Shown: positions 45,776-55,414 of the stretch, one piece after another | How positions within the stretch are numbered: position 1 is the first letter of the stretch | How the letters are laid out: each line of letters begins with the position of its first letter | Source of the DNA: a virus | Reading direction: 5' to 3' (one strand) | IMG/VR virus record: IMGVR_UViG_3300032011_002687 | Location: 3,419-67,418 of that record | Length of the DNA stretch: 64,000 bases | Translations under genes and position numbers: made by a program | Notes under the pieces: generated by a model | What the model was told of the DNA's origin: nothing | Databases searched by the model: none | The model's input: the letters and a program-made list of their open reading frames with translations, nothing else

Positions 45776-46181
45776 ATGTGTCCCATTCCTTTACATTTAC
45801 GATTTGATGTATTTTTGTAGGTATTATATTTAAACCAGTTTCGTTGGTTAGTAGTAAAGTGTTCTGATACTCACTCCAATCAACATTAAATCTCTTATCT
45901 AAGATTCCTTTATTCTTTGCTCTTATAACTTCATTCAAAGCGTTAATAGTATATAGTGTATTACTTTGTTTCTTTCTATGTAGTGAAATAGTATTCTCTA
46001 TATTCTCTTCATAGTTATCAATAAACTCTACATTATAAGTACAAATCAATTGTGTGGTATCATCCATATTCTGAAATATATAAATCTTATCATAGAGTAT
46101 ATCATTACACTCCATAATAACACTAAGTGTTTCATTTAATCTCGATAAACGAGTGAATGTGCATAGTAATTGAGTTCTCAT
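45774..46181 (-). CDS. Hypothetical phage protein
   Basis: 135 aa; QLLCTF, HRKKQSNTLYTINALN. Confidence 0.65.
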   Translation of the reverse strand: MRTQLLCTFTRLSRLNETLSVIMECNDILYDKIYIFQNMDDTTQLICTYNVEFIDNYEENIENTISLHRKKQSNTLYTINALNEVIRAKNKGILDKRFNVDWSEYQNTLLLTNETGLNIIPTKIHQIVNVKEWDT

Positions 46182-48049
46182 TATTGATTATCCTTTATCA
46201 ATTTTTGAAACTCTGGTGTCCATTTATATACAGTCTGTAATTTTCCAAGTGGGCCATCTTTTGTTCTTTGTCTTTTTTCCATAATTGGAACTTCTTTATC
46301 ACCAATCATCATATAAGCTAATCCTGTCGAACCTGTAACTCTATCCTCTTTTGATAATTGTACTTGAGTTTTTTTAACTTTTAATTTCTTTATAAAATCT
46401 TCTTTTGATTCAACACCCAATGCTTTTTTCATAACATTACCATCTAAGACCGCACCTGCATGATTTGTTTCAAACATACCTCTATGTTTATGTACACCCT
46501 TTTTACCACCTATTGCATCCATATGTCCTTGTTTCCAAATATTATTTCCCTCAATATAAGTTCCTACACCTACACCATCAACTTCTATTTGGTCAAGGTC
46601 TGATATTTGTTTATCAAGTAATTCTATAGATTCTTTTCTAATATTTTCTACCGAATCTGCAACACTTGGACCACCATTTTCATCATTTGCTTTACCAATC
46701 ATTTTTTGTTGTGGGCCTGTTAATTCTTTTACACCCGATGTAGAATAATTTAAAAGAGCTTCTGTAATCTGCTTATCTGTTGGTGGTGTATCAGAACCTT
46801 TTGGTAAGAAATCTGAATATTTTTTATCTGTTTTTGGAATCTTTGAATCACTACTAAATTTTTTCTTTTCAGCATCAAAATATTTTCTTGGATTTGCACC
46901 TTTAGATGAGTTAATCATAGAATCAACAACCTTATCATCAAAATTATCTTTAAGATAATTAGCTGGTTCATTAGTTACACTCTTTAATTTAGTTTCTGTT
47001 TCTTTTAAACCCTCAGCATAATTTCTTCTCTCACCAGCAACTGCCTCAGATTCCTCTGATGATAACTTCCCATCATCACCTAATTGTAAAATTGCATCAT
47101 CTGTTTGTGTGGATTCAGCTTTTGTAGATGATTGGGCTATAATTGCGTTGGTTGAATCTTTATCGGATGTGAATAGTATGGTTGCATCACCTTTATCATT
47201 CTTAATAATAGTTGCAGTATCTGATGGATTATCTCCACCCCCACCAGCTCTAATTAATTCTATTATTTCGTCTTTTGGTATTTCATTACCATCTAAATCA
47301 ACTACCTTTGATGCAGATTTAATATCTTCTTCTTGTTTTTTTAATCCAACTGAATCACCAAAATATTCTGTTGTTTGTGAATTTTCCCAACCTAAATCTT
47401 TTACAGCACTTTGTGACCGTTGATGTTTTCTTTTACCACTTCTAACTGCAATCAATGTCTTGGTATATAGTTCTCTTTCTTCTTTTGGTAAATTTTCTGG
47501 TAACTCACTTGTTTTTAGACCACCTGCCATTTTACCACTTGAGTTCTGTTTTGCTAAATTAGAATCACCATATTTATCTAAAATACTTTTTACCAAATCT
47601 TCTTCTGTTGCATCAGAATTATCTTGTAATAAATCAGAAACCTCTCCACTCATAATCTCGTTATACATAGAACCAGCATTACCTGGTGCAGCACCCTTTA
47701 CAAAACCACTTGATATATGTTTTTGTTTCGATTCGTGGTCACCTTTAACTTTAGGTTTTTCTTTAGTATCTGTTTTTGCAGGTTCACCTGTTTTAGGATT
47801 ACCCATATAATATTTACCACCACGAGGTCCAACTTGAACTTTAGCATTCTCTGGTGGATTACCTGTATAATAAACTTTTCCAACTTCAGTAAGGTTCTTG
47901 ATTAAATGGACTCGAGATTCAATTGGCCAATCGTGTTCTTTCAACACATCATACAACTTCATTAAGTGTTGTTCTTTAGTTAAATCTGGCGTACCATCCT
48001 TAACTCTATAACTTAACTCATTTAATATTTTATCGAAGTCTGTGTTCAT
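46181..48049 (-). CDS. Large hypothetical protein
   Basis: 622 aa charged protein; ELSYRV N-terminus, VGPRGGKYY motif. Confidence 0.6.
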   Translation of the reverse strand: MNTDFDKILNELSYRVKDGTPDLTKEQHLMKLYDVLKEHDWPIESRVHLIKNLTEVGKVYYTGNPPENAKVQVGPRGGKYYMGNPKTGEPAKTDTKEKPKVKGDHESKQKHISSGFVKGAAPGNAGSMYNEIMSGEVSDLLQDNSDATEEDLVKSILDKYGDSNLAKQNSSGKMAGGLKTSELPENLPKEERELYTKTLIAVRSGKRKHQRSQSAVKDLGWENSQTTEYFGDSVGLKKQEEDIKSASKVVDLDGNEIPKDEIIELIRAGGGGDNPSDTATIIKNDKGDATILFTSDKDSTNAIIAQSSTKAESTQTDDAILQLGDDGKLSSEESEAVAGERRNYAEGLKETETKLKSVTNEPANYLKDNFDDKVVDSMINSSKGANPRKYFDAEKKKFSSDSKIPKTDKKYSDFLPKGSDTPPTDKQITEALLNYSTSGVKELTGPQQKMIGKANDENGGPSVADSVENIRKESIELLDKQISDLDQIEVDGVGVGTYIEGNNIWKQGHMDAIGGKKGVHKHRGMFETNHAGAVLDGNVMKKALGVESKEDFIKKLKVKKTQVQLSKEDRVTGSTGLAYMMIGDKEVPIMEKRQRTKDGPLGKLQTVYKWTPEFQKLIKDNQ

Positions 48050-49341
48050 AATTTCTCTGTTATGTCCTGCATCTTGTGATAGTTATCTCCCATCGCAACT
48101 TTAGTTGGATACTTACCACCTTGTTCTAATATCTTCTTTACCTCTTTCAAATACTCCAAACCATCTCCCTTTACATCGAAATCTAACAAAAAAGCATCAT
48201 AATTGTAAAGAACTATTTTACTATTATATTTTTCATCTAATGGTAGTAATTCATCCAATATACGAATGTTATTTTCGGTTTCCGATAATTGTATCATATA
48301 ATTGAACAATTTGTTCGGATTCATATCGTGCAGGTTTTCCTTATATATTTCTCTATTATAAATATCAGATTTAATACTTTTTGATGATTTCCAAGTACTC
48401 CACAGTCCCTTTATAAACTCATCTACCCTACCAAAAAACGGGTTTTGTTTCATTTCGGTAGTTATACCACCATATAAATACTTGAATGTTAATTGTTTTC
48501 CATCATCATAACCCAATCCATATGTTTCTGCTAAGTGTTTGTGTGCAGAACCTTTAGGGAATTTATAATCAATCATCTCTCCAATTAATCGTGGATGATA
48601 TGCATCAAAATCAAACTCCACCAATACACCTTTATCAAATCTACTGATGAATTGTTTTCTACTACCATCTTTTTTATTTAGTGCTGCGAAGTTCATACCA
48701 CCAAAACGATTACTTGGTCTACCTGTTGATGTATAGGGATTATATTCTGTATAAACCATACCCTTTGTGGTTTTTAATCCATTCTTCTCTATTTTTGATA
48801 AAACACTTAAAATATCTTGTTGATAATGTGGTAATGCTGGAATACTACCATCAGTTTCTAACTTATCCAATAAATCAATTGCTATTTTATGTAAATACTC
48901 TCCGTGTTTAACCAATGGAACTATATCATTTACATTTTCTTTATCGTAATGTAATCTGTAATTGTGGTGGTGTGCATTGGTTAAGTGTTTATCAAAATCA
49001 TATGGTTGATTTGTTTTCATATAATGACACCAATTTAAATCTATTGTTCCGAATGTTGTAGAAGTATAATCTCGTATAACCATTGAGTTATGATAGTGTT
49101 GTTTAATGTCTGCAACACATATAGTTTCTTCGGTTTCTACACTTTCAATACGACCAAATCTTTCATTATGATTTACTGGTATGATGTAACTCTGTGTCAT
49201 CATTCCAACATAAAAACAAGATATACGATTCTGTTTAGAATGTTTGTTCACATCCGATAACATTTGTAGATATACGAATGGTTGTGTTCTCATTTTTCGT
49301 TGTAACACATCCCACTCTTTTTTAGTGTTTACTATAACCAT
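48046..49341 (-). CDS. Family A DNA polymerase-like protein (compact, divergent)
   Basis: TSTGRPSN, LVEFDFDAYHPRL (motif A), KQLTFKYLYG (motif B), LYNYDAFLLD (motif C). Confidence 0.8.
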   Translation of the reverse strand: MVIVNTKKEWDVLQRKMRTQPFVYLQMLSDVNKHSKQNRISCFYVGMMTQSYIIPVNHNERFGRIESVETEETICVADIKQHYHNSMVIRDYTSTTFGTIDLNWCHYMKTNQPYDFDKHLTNAHHHNYRLHYDKENVNDIVPLVKHGEYLHKIAIDLLDKLETDGSIPALPHYQQDILSVLSKIEKNGLKTTKGMVYTEYNPYTSTGRPSNRFGGMNFAALNKKDGSRKQFISRFDKGVLVEFDFDAYHPRLIGEMIDYKFPKGSAHKHLAETYGLGYDDGKQLTFKYLYGGITTEMKQNPFFGRVDEFIKGLWSTWKSSKSIKSDIYNREIYKENLHDMNPNKLFNYMIQLSETENNIRILDELLPLDEKYNSKIVLYNYDAFLLDFDVKGDGLEYLKEVKKILEQGGKYPTKVAMGDNYHKMQDITEKL

Positions 49342-50225
49342 TAATTTAATTTATTCTTTACATAAGTAACTATCTGTTCGGCAACTCTTATTTCAGTATA
49401 TTTTTCCATACCTTGAAAACCAGGTGAAGAGTTAACCTCACATATTTTGTATCCATCCTCATCATATAATAAATCTACACCACCTATATCTAATCCTAAT
49501 AGTTTTGTAGATTCTAATGCAAGATATTCCATTTGTTCATCGAGTTCTACTGGTTTTGCACCACCACCTCGTGTAACATTTGCTCTAAAATCTCCATCTA
49601 CTGATTCTCGTTTCATTGCTCCAATCACTTTACCACCCACTACAATAATTCTCAAATCTCTACCGAATGAATCCTTTACAAATTCTTGTAATATGATATT
49701 AAACCTATCATTGAATTGTTCCATCATCTCTACTAATTGTTCGAAGTTTGATTTATTATCTGCAAGATAAACACCCTTTCCGTGAGTACCACTTAGTGAT
49801 TTAACCACAATAGGAAATCCAATGTTTCTCTGTACATAATTTGAATCTATTGGATTCTTAACCAACATAGTTTTTGGATGTGGAATATTATTCTGTGATA
49901 GTATTTGCATTGTATAAAGTTTGTCTTTTACATTATCGATTGCATCACTACCATTGACAAACAATACACCCATTCTTTCTAAATGTCTGAATACTGCTTT
50001 TTGGTAATATGTAGTTGCACTTCCAACTCTTGGTATAACAAAATCAGGTATTGATGTATGTTCATTCTCTACTAATACCGATTTTCTATTATCTTTACTA
50101 ATGAATATATCAACATTATTTGGATGTACAAAAAAACACTCTATACCCTCTTTATCAAAACATTCAATTAATCTTTTTGTTTCGTAAGATGGTGTAGTTT
50201 GCGTTGTAAATATCCAACCTTTCAC
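49341..50225 (-). CDS. rimK: RimK-family ATP-grasp alpha-L-glutamate ligase
   Basis: DFVIPR, DKLYT, VVKSLSGTHGKGV, LQEFV, DLRIIVVG, FRAN, GVDLL, CEVNSSPG. Confidence 0.9.
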   Translation of the reverse strand: MKGWIFTTQTTPSYETKRLIECFDKEGIECFFVHPNNVDIFISKDNRKSVLVENEHTSIPDFVIPRVGSATTYYQKAVFRHLERMGVLFVNGSDAIDNVKDKLYTMQILSQNNIPHPKTMLVKNPIDSNYVQRNIGFPIVVKSLSGTHGKGVYLADNKSNFEQLVEMMEQFNDRFNIILQEFVKDSFGRDLRIIVVGGKVIGAMKRESVDGDFRANVTRGGGAKPVELDEQMEYLALESTKLLGLDIGGVDLLYDEDGYKICEVNSSPGFQGMEKYTEIRVAEQIVTYVKNKLN

Positions 50226-50929
50226 TACTTATCCCAATAATTTTTACTCCACAACTTAGTGGTTTCAGGAAATGTTTTCATCATCATTTCTTTTAATGCA
50301 ATAGCATATTCCCTTATTTCCCATTGTGAAGTAGGTTCATCTCGTAATTCTATGAAGTTCATAACACTTTGAAAAGATGCTGTCCAATAAACCAATGTGT
50401 ATTGTGATAGTGGTAATACAATTCTAGCTTGTTCCTTTGCCATCCCCATCTTTATAAAATGTTCATATGTTTCTGTCATCTTTCTCATCAAATCACCATA
50501 GTTAAGTAATGCCTGATTAGATTGGAACTTTGTTAATTCACCATCACTTGCTTGTTTATTATCATCACTCTGTTTTCTCCATACTTGTGGATAATAAAAT
50601 TCTTTTACTGGCATATATCTACCACTTATCTCATTCCAAGCATGGTCTTTTGTAACACTTGATGATGTGGTTTCAATACCAACAATATGTTTGTACCATT
50701 GTCTCATTACAAATTCTGGTGCTTTGATAATAACTTGAATGTGTTGATGTCTGAATGGTGAGAAGTGTTTGTGTTTAATCAGATAGTTTGATAATTTTCT
50801 ATCTTTATCCGTAAATTTATCACTCTTTGCACCAAATGATACACGAGCTGCATTTACTGGAGTTAAATCATCCCCCATACTATCTACTAATTCTATGTAA
50901 CCAATGTGGTCTAATACTTTTATCTTCAT
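50225..50929 (-). CDS. thyX: Flavin-dependent thymidylate synthase
   Basis: NAARVSF, HFSPF, RQWYKH, NEISGRY, EQARIVLP, QWEIR. Confidence 0.93.
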   Translation of the reverse strand: MKIKVLDHIGYIELVDSMGDDLTPVNAARVSFGAKSDKFTDKDRKLSNYLIKHKHFSPFRHQHIQVIIKAPEFVMRQWYKHIVGIETTSSSVTKDHAWNEISGRYMPVKEFYYPQVWRKQSDDNKQASDGELTKFQSNQALLNYGDLMRKMTETYEHFIKMGMAKEQARIVLPLSQYTLVYWTASFQSVMNFIELRDEPTSQWEIREYAIALKEMMMKTFPETTKLWSKNYWDK

Positions 50930-51075
50930 TATGCATTCCCTTTGGATTTTATAAGTTCTATTAATTCGTTGGTTCGTTTATCTTTGTACTTTTTGGCGTA
51001 CTTTTTTCCATCTGTAGTGTATCGTATCCAATATTTTAGATAAATTGATGTGAATATATTTTTGAAATAATTCAT
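50929..51075 (-). CDS. Small basic hypothetical protein (48 aa)
   Basis: Manual: MNYFKNIFTSIYLKYWIRYTTDGKKYAKKYKDKRTNELIELIKSKGNA; TAA overlaps thyX ATG; promoter motif at 51091-51100. Confidence 0.5.
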   Translation of the reverse strand: MNYFKNIFTSIYLKYWIRYTTDGKKYAKKYKDKRTNELIELIKSKGNA

Positions 51076-51128
51076 ATAACCTTAATTAATAATATATATC
51101 AGTTTGAAACCTCAAATAAACTTTTATT

Positions 51129-53639
51129 TTACTCCGTTACTGATTCTTTTGGTTTATCTTCTTTTTGAGCATTTTGTTTAAATTGTAACACACTCATTGT
51201 TTTGGTGTTATCATAATTTCTATTTATTTCAGTACCCTCACCCTCTTCATATCTACCTGCTTTTTTTGCTGCTTTGATTAATGAATCCATATCCACTCTT
51301 AATAATCCACTTATCTTTGTATCCCAACCAGTCGTTGATAATGTGTGGTCAACTGCATTAACTTGAAATAAACCATAATCTCTGTATTGCTTTGGTAAGT
51401 AATCAACTGCAAATAAATCATACATACTAATCCCACCAATACCTGGTATAGTAAAACTAATGGTTAATGGTGTTAATGGGTCTACTTGTGCTTTTGCTTC
51501 TGATGATTTATTCATCAACCATAACATACTTTTCTGAAAACTATCCAACATATCCCCATCTGCAGTATAAACTAATGCATCATCCATCTGTTGTGGATTA
51601 TTCTCATCAAACCAATTATTAGCGGATGAAAATTCTGCTACATCATCTTCTTTTTTTACTAACAACTCTGTCTCTTTTTGTGTTTCTACCGCATCAGATA
51701 ATCCTTGTAGATTAACATCACCACTTACATTTTTTAAAACCAAATTGGAATTAGAATCGTTTGTATCTTCTCGTTGAACCATTAAAGGACCAGTATTATT
51801 ATTTGGGTCTCCTAATATTGGTGACCAAATCTCATCAATTAAAAAATCTTTACCATCTTCCTGTCCTTGTGTATCTGCAGTTCTATCACTCATAGTTTGG
51901 TTTTGCATAGATGCCAATGCGGTTATTCCAATATCCTCTGGTTTACCACTTTCATCTTCACCTTGAGTACCAAAGTTTTTATTACTATGGAACATTGCTT
52001 GTGTTGCCATTGCAGAACTTATATTTACATTTAAACTAAAATCTTTAAATAAAGAACGATTACTATAAAGTGGAAATACGAAACAATGGTTTGGGTCTTT
52101 AAGTGTGGATTTTTTACCATCTAATTTAGGATTAACATCTTTAATTCTATTTTCAGTAACTAAATTATCAATAACACCTATAGTACCATTATTATTTTGG
52201 TCTTGTACTATTTTAAATTCCCAAAATGTACCATATTGTGCATTGACTGTAGACCAAAAACTTAGTAATCCCTCTTCTAAATCTCTAATACCATTAAATT
52301 GTTGTTCAATAAAATCTGCACTAAATACTATATTTCTTATTGAACCATATTCTTCACCTGGTTCTACAAAATCATCAAATTCATTTATAGATAAAAATGT
52401 TTCTGCTAAGTGTTTATATTTTTCACTAACTTTTGTATCAAAGCCTGACAGAATTTGATTACTAGCATTTCCTACTCCACCCAATCCAATGTACCTACCT
52501 GGAAATTGAATATGTCTACTTTTAGTATATAGATTAGAACTCATCCTACATTTATTATTACCAACTATGGTTTCAAATTGTTCAACTTCACTACCATCTT
52601 CAGTAGATTTAACTTTATATTTTGTACCTCTACTTTTAACTTGTGTTGTTAATGCATCTTTTGAACTCTGTCCTTTTTTCTTAGTTACAAACCCAAAGAA
52701 TGTATTCAATACATTATCCTCAAACCAACCCCAAGTACAATATCCCTTATCAGAATTATTGTTATAATAAACATCTTTATCACCTCTTGCAGCAACTGAT
52801 GCAATATTTTCATTTAACTTTTTTATATAAAATTCAAAGGTTGTTTGTGATTTTTGAAATGCTTCTTCTGCAGTTTCAGCGTTTTTATTTCTAATTAATT
52901 CTGGTATTGCACTATCACTTGGGTCTACCTGTCCTTTAAATAAAGTACTACCCATTGAAGTTAATTCTGTAGTACAATCAAATTCACCATTAACTCCTAT
53001 ATTATATTGAAATCCTTTGATAGTTCCTATTGCTGCATAATAATCACCACCACCTTTTATAATTCTTTCTTGTATTGCTTCATAATATTGAATCATATCT
53101 TCTGGTTTCTCTACCTTTGGTAGTGTTACCATTTCAGGTGTTGACCATCCAAATTCTACTAAGATAGTTCTTCCGTGTTTTAAAAATGCTTTCTCATACA
53201 CTTCAAAATCTTCTATATCGTATAATTTCCAATTTATTGTTACATTTTGTATTGAATGGTTCTTAAAACTTGTACTCACGCCCGTTACACCAGTATGTGG
53301 TCTCAATGTTGATGTTGGTGAGTTATTTAATAAATTTGTTTTTGAGGCGAGTGGTCGATTTAATGGTTGTCCACCTTTAAACGCACTCGATAATCTCATA
53401 GGTGTATGACCTTCTTTTTCTAATGGATATATGTACTTACCCTTATCATCTTTTTTAAAATCTGGCACTGCAGCAGTTATTCTAACCCAACAAGATTTTG
53501 TCATCATTTCAGATACACTATTAGATTTTTGTTCAGTTTGTGGTCCTAATGGACTCATATTACCTGTTCTTGTTAATGCGTTCATTCTTTTGAACAAGGT
53601 TTTTTGTATGTTTGGTGGTATTTGATTAAACTGAAACAT
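51129..53639 (-). CDS. Putative baseplate hub / tail structural protein
   Basis: 836 aa; LVEFGWS, C-terminal GIGGI...DYLP...FQV..VDH.L...GW.TKI; follows LysM and tape measure genes. Confidence 0.55.
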   Translation of the reverse strand: MFQFNQIPPNIQKTLFKRMNALTRTGNMSPLGPQTEQKSNSVSEMMTKSCWVRITAAVPDFKKDDKGKYIYPLEKEGHTPMRLSSAFKGGQPLNRPLASKTNLLNNSPTSTLRPHTGVTGVSTSFKNHSIQNVTINWKLYDIEDFEVYEKAFLKHGRTILVEFGWSTPEMVTLPKVEKPEDMIQYYEAIQERIIKGGGDYYAAIGTIKGFQYNIGVNGEFDCTTELTSMGSTLFKGQVDPSDSAIPELIRNKNAETAEEAFQKSQTTFEFYIKKLNENIASVAARGDKDVYYNNNSDKGYCTWGWFEDNVLNTFFGFVTKKKGQSSKDALTTQVKSRGTKYKVKSTEDGSEVEQFETIVGNNKCRMSSNLYTKSRHIQFPGRYIGLGGVGNASNQILSGFDTKVSEKYKHLAETFLSINEFDDFVEPGEEYGSIRNIVFSADFIEQQFNGIRDLEEGLLSFWSTVNAQYGTFWEFKIVQDQNNNGTIGVIDNLVTENRIKDVNPKLDGKKSTLKDPNHCFVFPLYSNRSLFKDFSLNVNISSAMATQAMFHSNKNFGTQGEDESGKPEDIGITALASMQNQTMSDRTADTQGQEDGKDFLIDEIWSPILGDPNNNTGPLMVQREDTNDSNSNLVLKNVSGDVNLQGLSDAVETQKETELLVKKEDDVAEFSSANNWFDENNPQQMDDALVYTADGDMLDSFQKSMLWLMNKSSEAKAQVDPLTPLTISFTIPGIGGISMYDLFAVDYLPKQYRDYGLFQVNAVDHTLSTTGWDTKISGLLRVDMDSLIKAAKKAGRYEEGEGTEINRNYDNTKTMSVLQFKQNAQKEDKPKESVTE

Positions 53640-53641
53640 TG

Positions 53642-53950
53642 TTAATCCACTCTATTATTCAATCGTTCTAACTCCGATACTATTTCACCGATTTCCATTG
53701 GTATAATTACTTTCTCACCAATTTTAAATTTGAGATTACCCTTAAAACCCTCGTTTGCTTTTGCAATAATCCACCACAATGATTGGTCACTATAAAATCT
53801 ATGTGCAAGTGAACCATATGAATCACCAAATCTTGTATAATAGGTTATATCACTATCTCTTGATACTATCTTTGGATAAAGAGTAGTGGATTTATATCTT
53901 ATACCATCTACCTCATCTTTCTTAACTCGTGTAAATTTATATCTATTCAT
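53642..53950 (-). CDS. LysM-like baseplate protein (gp53/tail X-like)
   Basis: GDSYGSLAHRFYSDQSLWWIIAKAN...GEKVIIP. Confidence 0.75.
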   Translation of the reverse strand: MNRYKFTRVKKDEVDGIRYKSTTLYPKIVSRDSDITYYTRFGDSYGSLAHRFYSDQSLWWIIAKANEGFKGNLKFKIGEKVIIPMEIGEIVSELERLNNRVD

Positions 53951-55413
53951 TATTTAAGTCCTATTGCCCAACCAGGTCTTGTGGCAGTAGTTCCTATATC
54001 AGGTCTTTTTGAAGCATCGGGTGAACCTGCTGTTGGGTCATTCTTACCAAATGTCTGATACTTACCCTCACCAAAACCACTATCTTTTAAATGTGGTACT
54101 TCATAATGTTTACTTAATGTTGTTGGTAAGTATTTACCGATATAAACAAAATTAACACTAACATTAAAAAACATAGGAATCTGTAATCCCTCATCAATTT
54201 CCCAAGTAGCATTTTCTTCCATAGTGATTGTGATATTATCAAAATATCCAGGTGTATTATTAAACAAATCACCAATGGTTAAATAAACATAAGGTGATAC
54301 TGGTCTACCCTCGTTATCTCCATCGAACATTGGTTTAAATGTTGGATATCCCAATCCCATTAAATAATTCATCTTCTCTTGAATGATTGGTATTTCTTGT
54401 TTAGTAAATGCTGCTACTTTAAAATCAAATCCAACACTACGATTCGTACCTGTATAGATGTGAACACTATCAGGTCTACCAATATATCTTTCTGTTGAAT
54501 ATTCTGGTGTGACAGTATCTGTTATTGTACCAAGATGAGCAGGGAATATTAACCACTTTCCATTTACTGCATCTCTAATTCTAAACTTTATAAAATCTTT
54601 AGGTAGTTTATTCTCAATAGTACCTGCGGCGTAACTTAACCGTCCGTATTGCCCGCCATATGGAACTTGTAGAGTATTGCTTGTACCTACCGAGTACAAA
54701 CCAGTGGATTGACCATTTGATGAGTTTACCCTACCAGTACCGAGATTCATTGATTCACCCAAAATTGTACCATCAAGTGAATCTCCACCAAATCCAAATG
54801 CATTTGCGATATTTTCCCCAATACTTGCTAAACCATCTCCCTCTACATTAGAAACATTTGCTGCCTTCATAGTTTCACTAGTCTCTACCTCATCTTGATA
54901 TCGTGGTGGTGTACCTAAAGGATTAAGAAATGTTTTGTTATGTCTTTCTGCGTGTACTAATGGTGCGATAGATAACATCTGGCGTAGTGGATTATATTTT
55001 CTTGTTTCTTTTCTTGGATTTTGATTTTGTAATAATGCTTGTTTCAATCCAAAGATAACACCTCTTGGTGATGCTGCGAACTTTGCTATTCTAACAACAT
55101 CTTCTGCAGTTCTCTGTACTTGTAGTGGTAAATCAACTGCCCATATTCCTGTATGAGCATAACTATCACCGATATCTCGTATAATAAATGGTTCATCGAA
55201 TCCTAAACCAGATGTATCTCTTAAAGATTCATTACCACCAAGTTTTTTATATTGTGCATCAATCTCACTACCTCTATCTCCCAATTCAGGAACTGGTGGT
55301 GTTATTGTGGCATCACCTACGGGCAAGTTCTCTTGATTGGAATCGTGTTTCTGTGATTTATCCCAATCAAAACTTGTTAGTTTATCCGTTTTTAATTTTT
55401 CAAATAATCCCAT
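53950..55413 (-). CDS. Putative baseplate / tail-tube initiator protein
   Basis: FPAHLGTITD...YIGRPD...YTG.NRSVGFDF...LTIGDL tube-fold pattern; downstream of tape measure. Confidence 0.6.
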   Translation of the reverse strand: MGLFEKLKTDKLTSFDWDKSQKHDSNQENLPVGDATITPPVPELGDRGSEIDAQYKKLGGNESLRDTSGLGFDEPFIIRDIGDSYAHTGIWAVDLPLQVQRTAEDVVRIAKFAASPRGVIFGLKQALLQNQNPRKETRKYNPLRQMLSIAPLVHAERHNKTFLNPLGTPPRYQDEVETSETMKAANVSNVEGDGLASIGENIANAFGFGGDSLDGTILGESMNLGTGRVNSSNGQSTGLYSVGTSNTLQVPYGGQYGRLSYAAGTIENKLPKDFIKFRIRDAVNGKWLIFPAHLGTITDTVTPEYSTERYIGRPDSVHIYTGTNRSVGFDFKVAAFTKQEIPIIQEKMNYLMGLGYPTFKPMFDGDNEGRPVSPYVYLTIGDLFNNTPGYFDNITITMEENATWEIDEGLQIPMFFNVSVNFVYIGKYLPTTLSKHYEVPHLKDSGFGEGKYQTFGKNDPTAGSPDASKRPDIGTTATRPGWAIGLK

Positions 55414-55414
55414 T

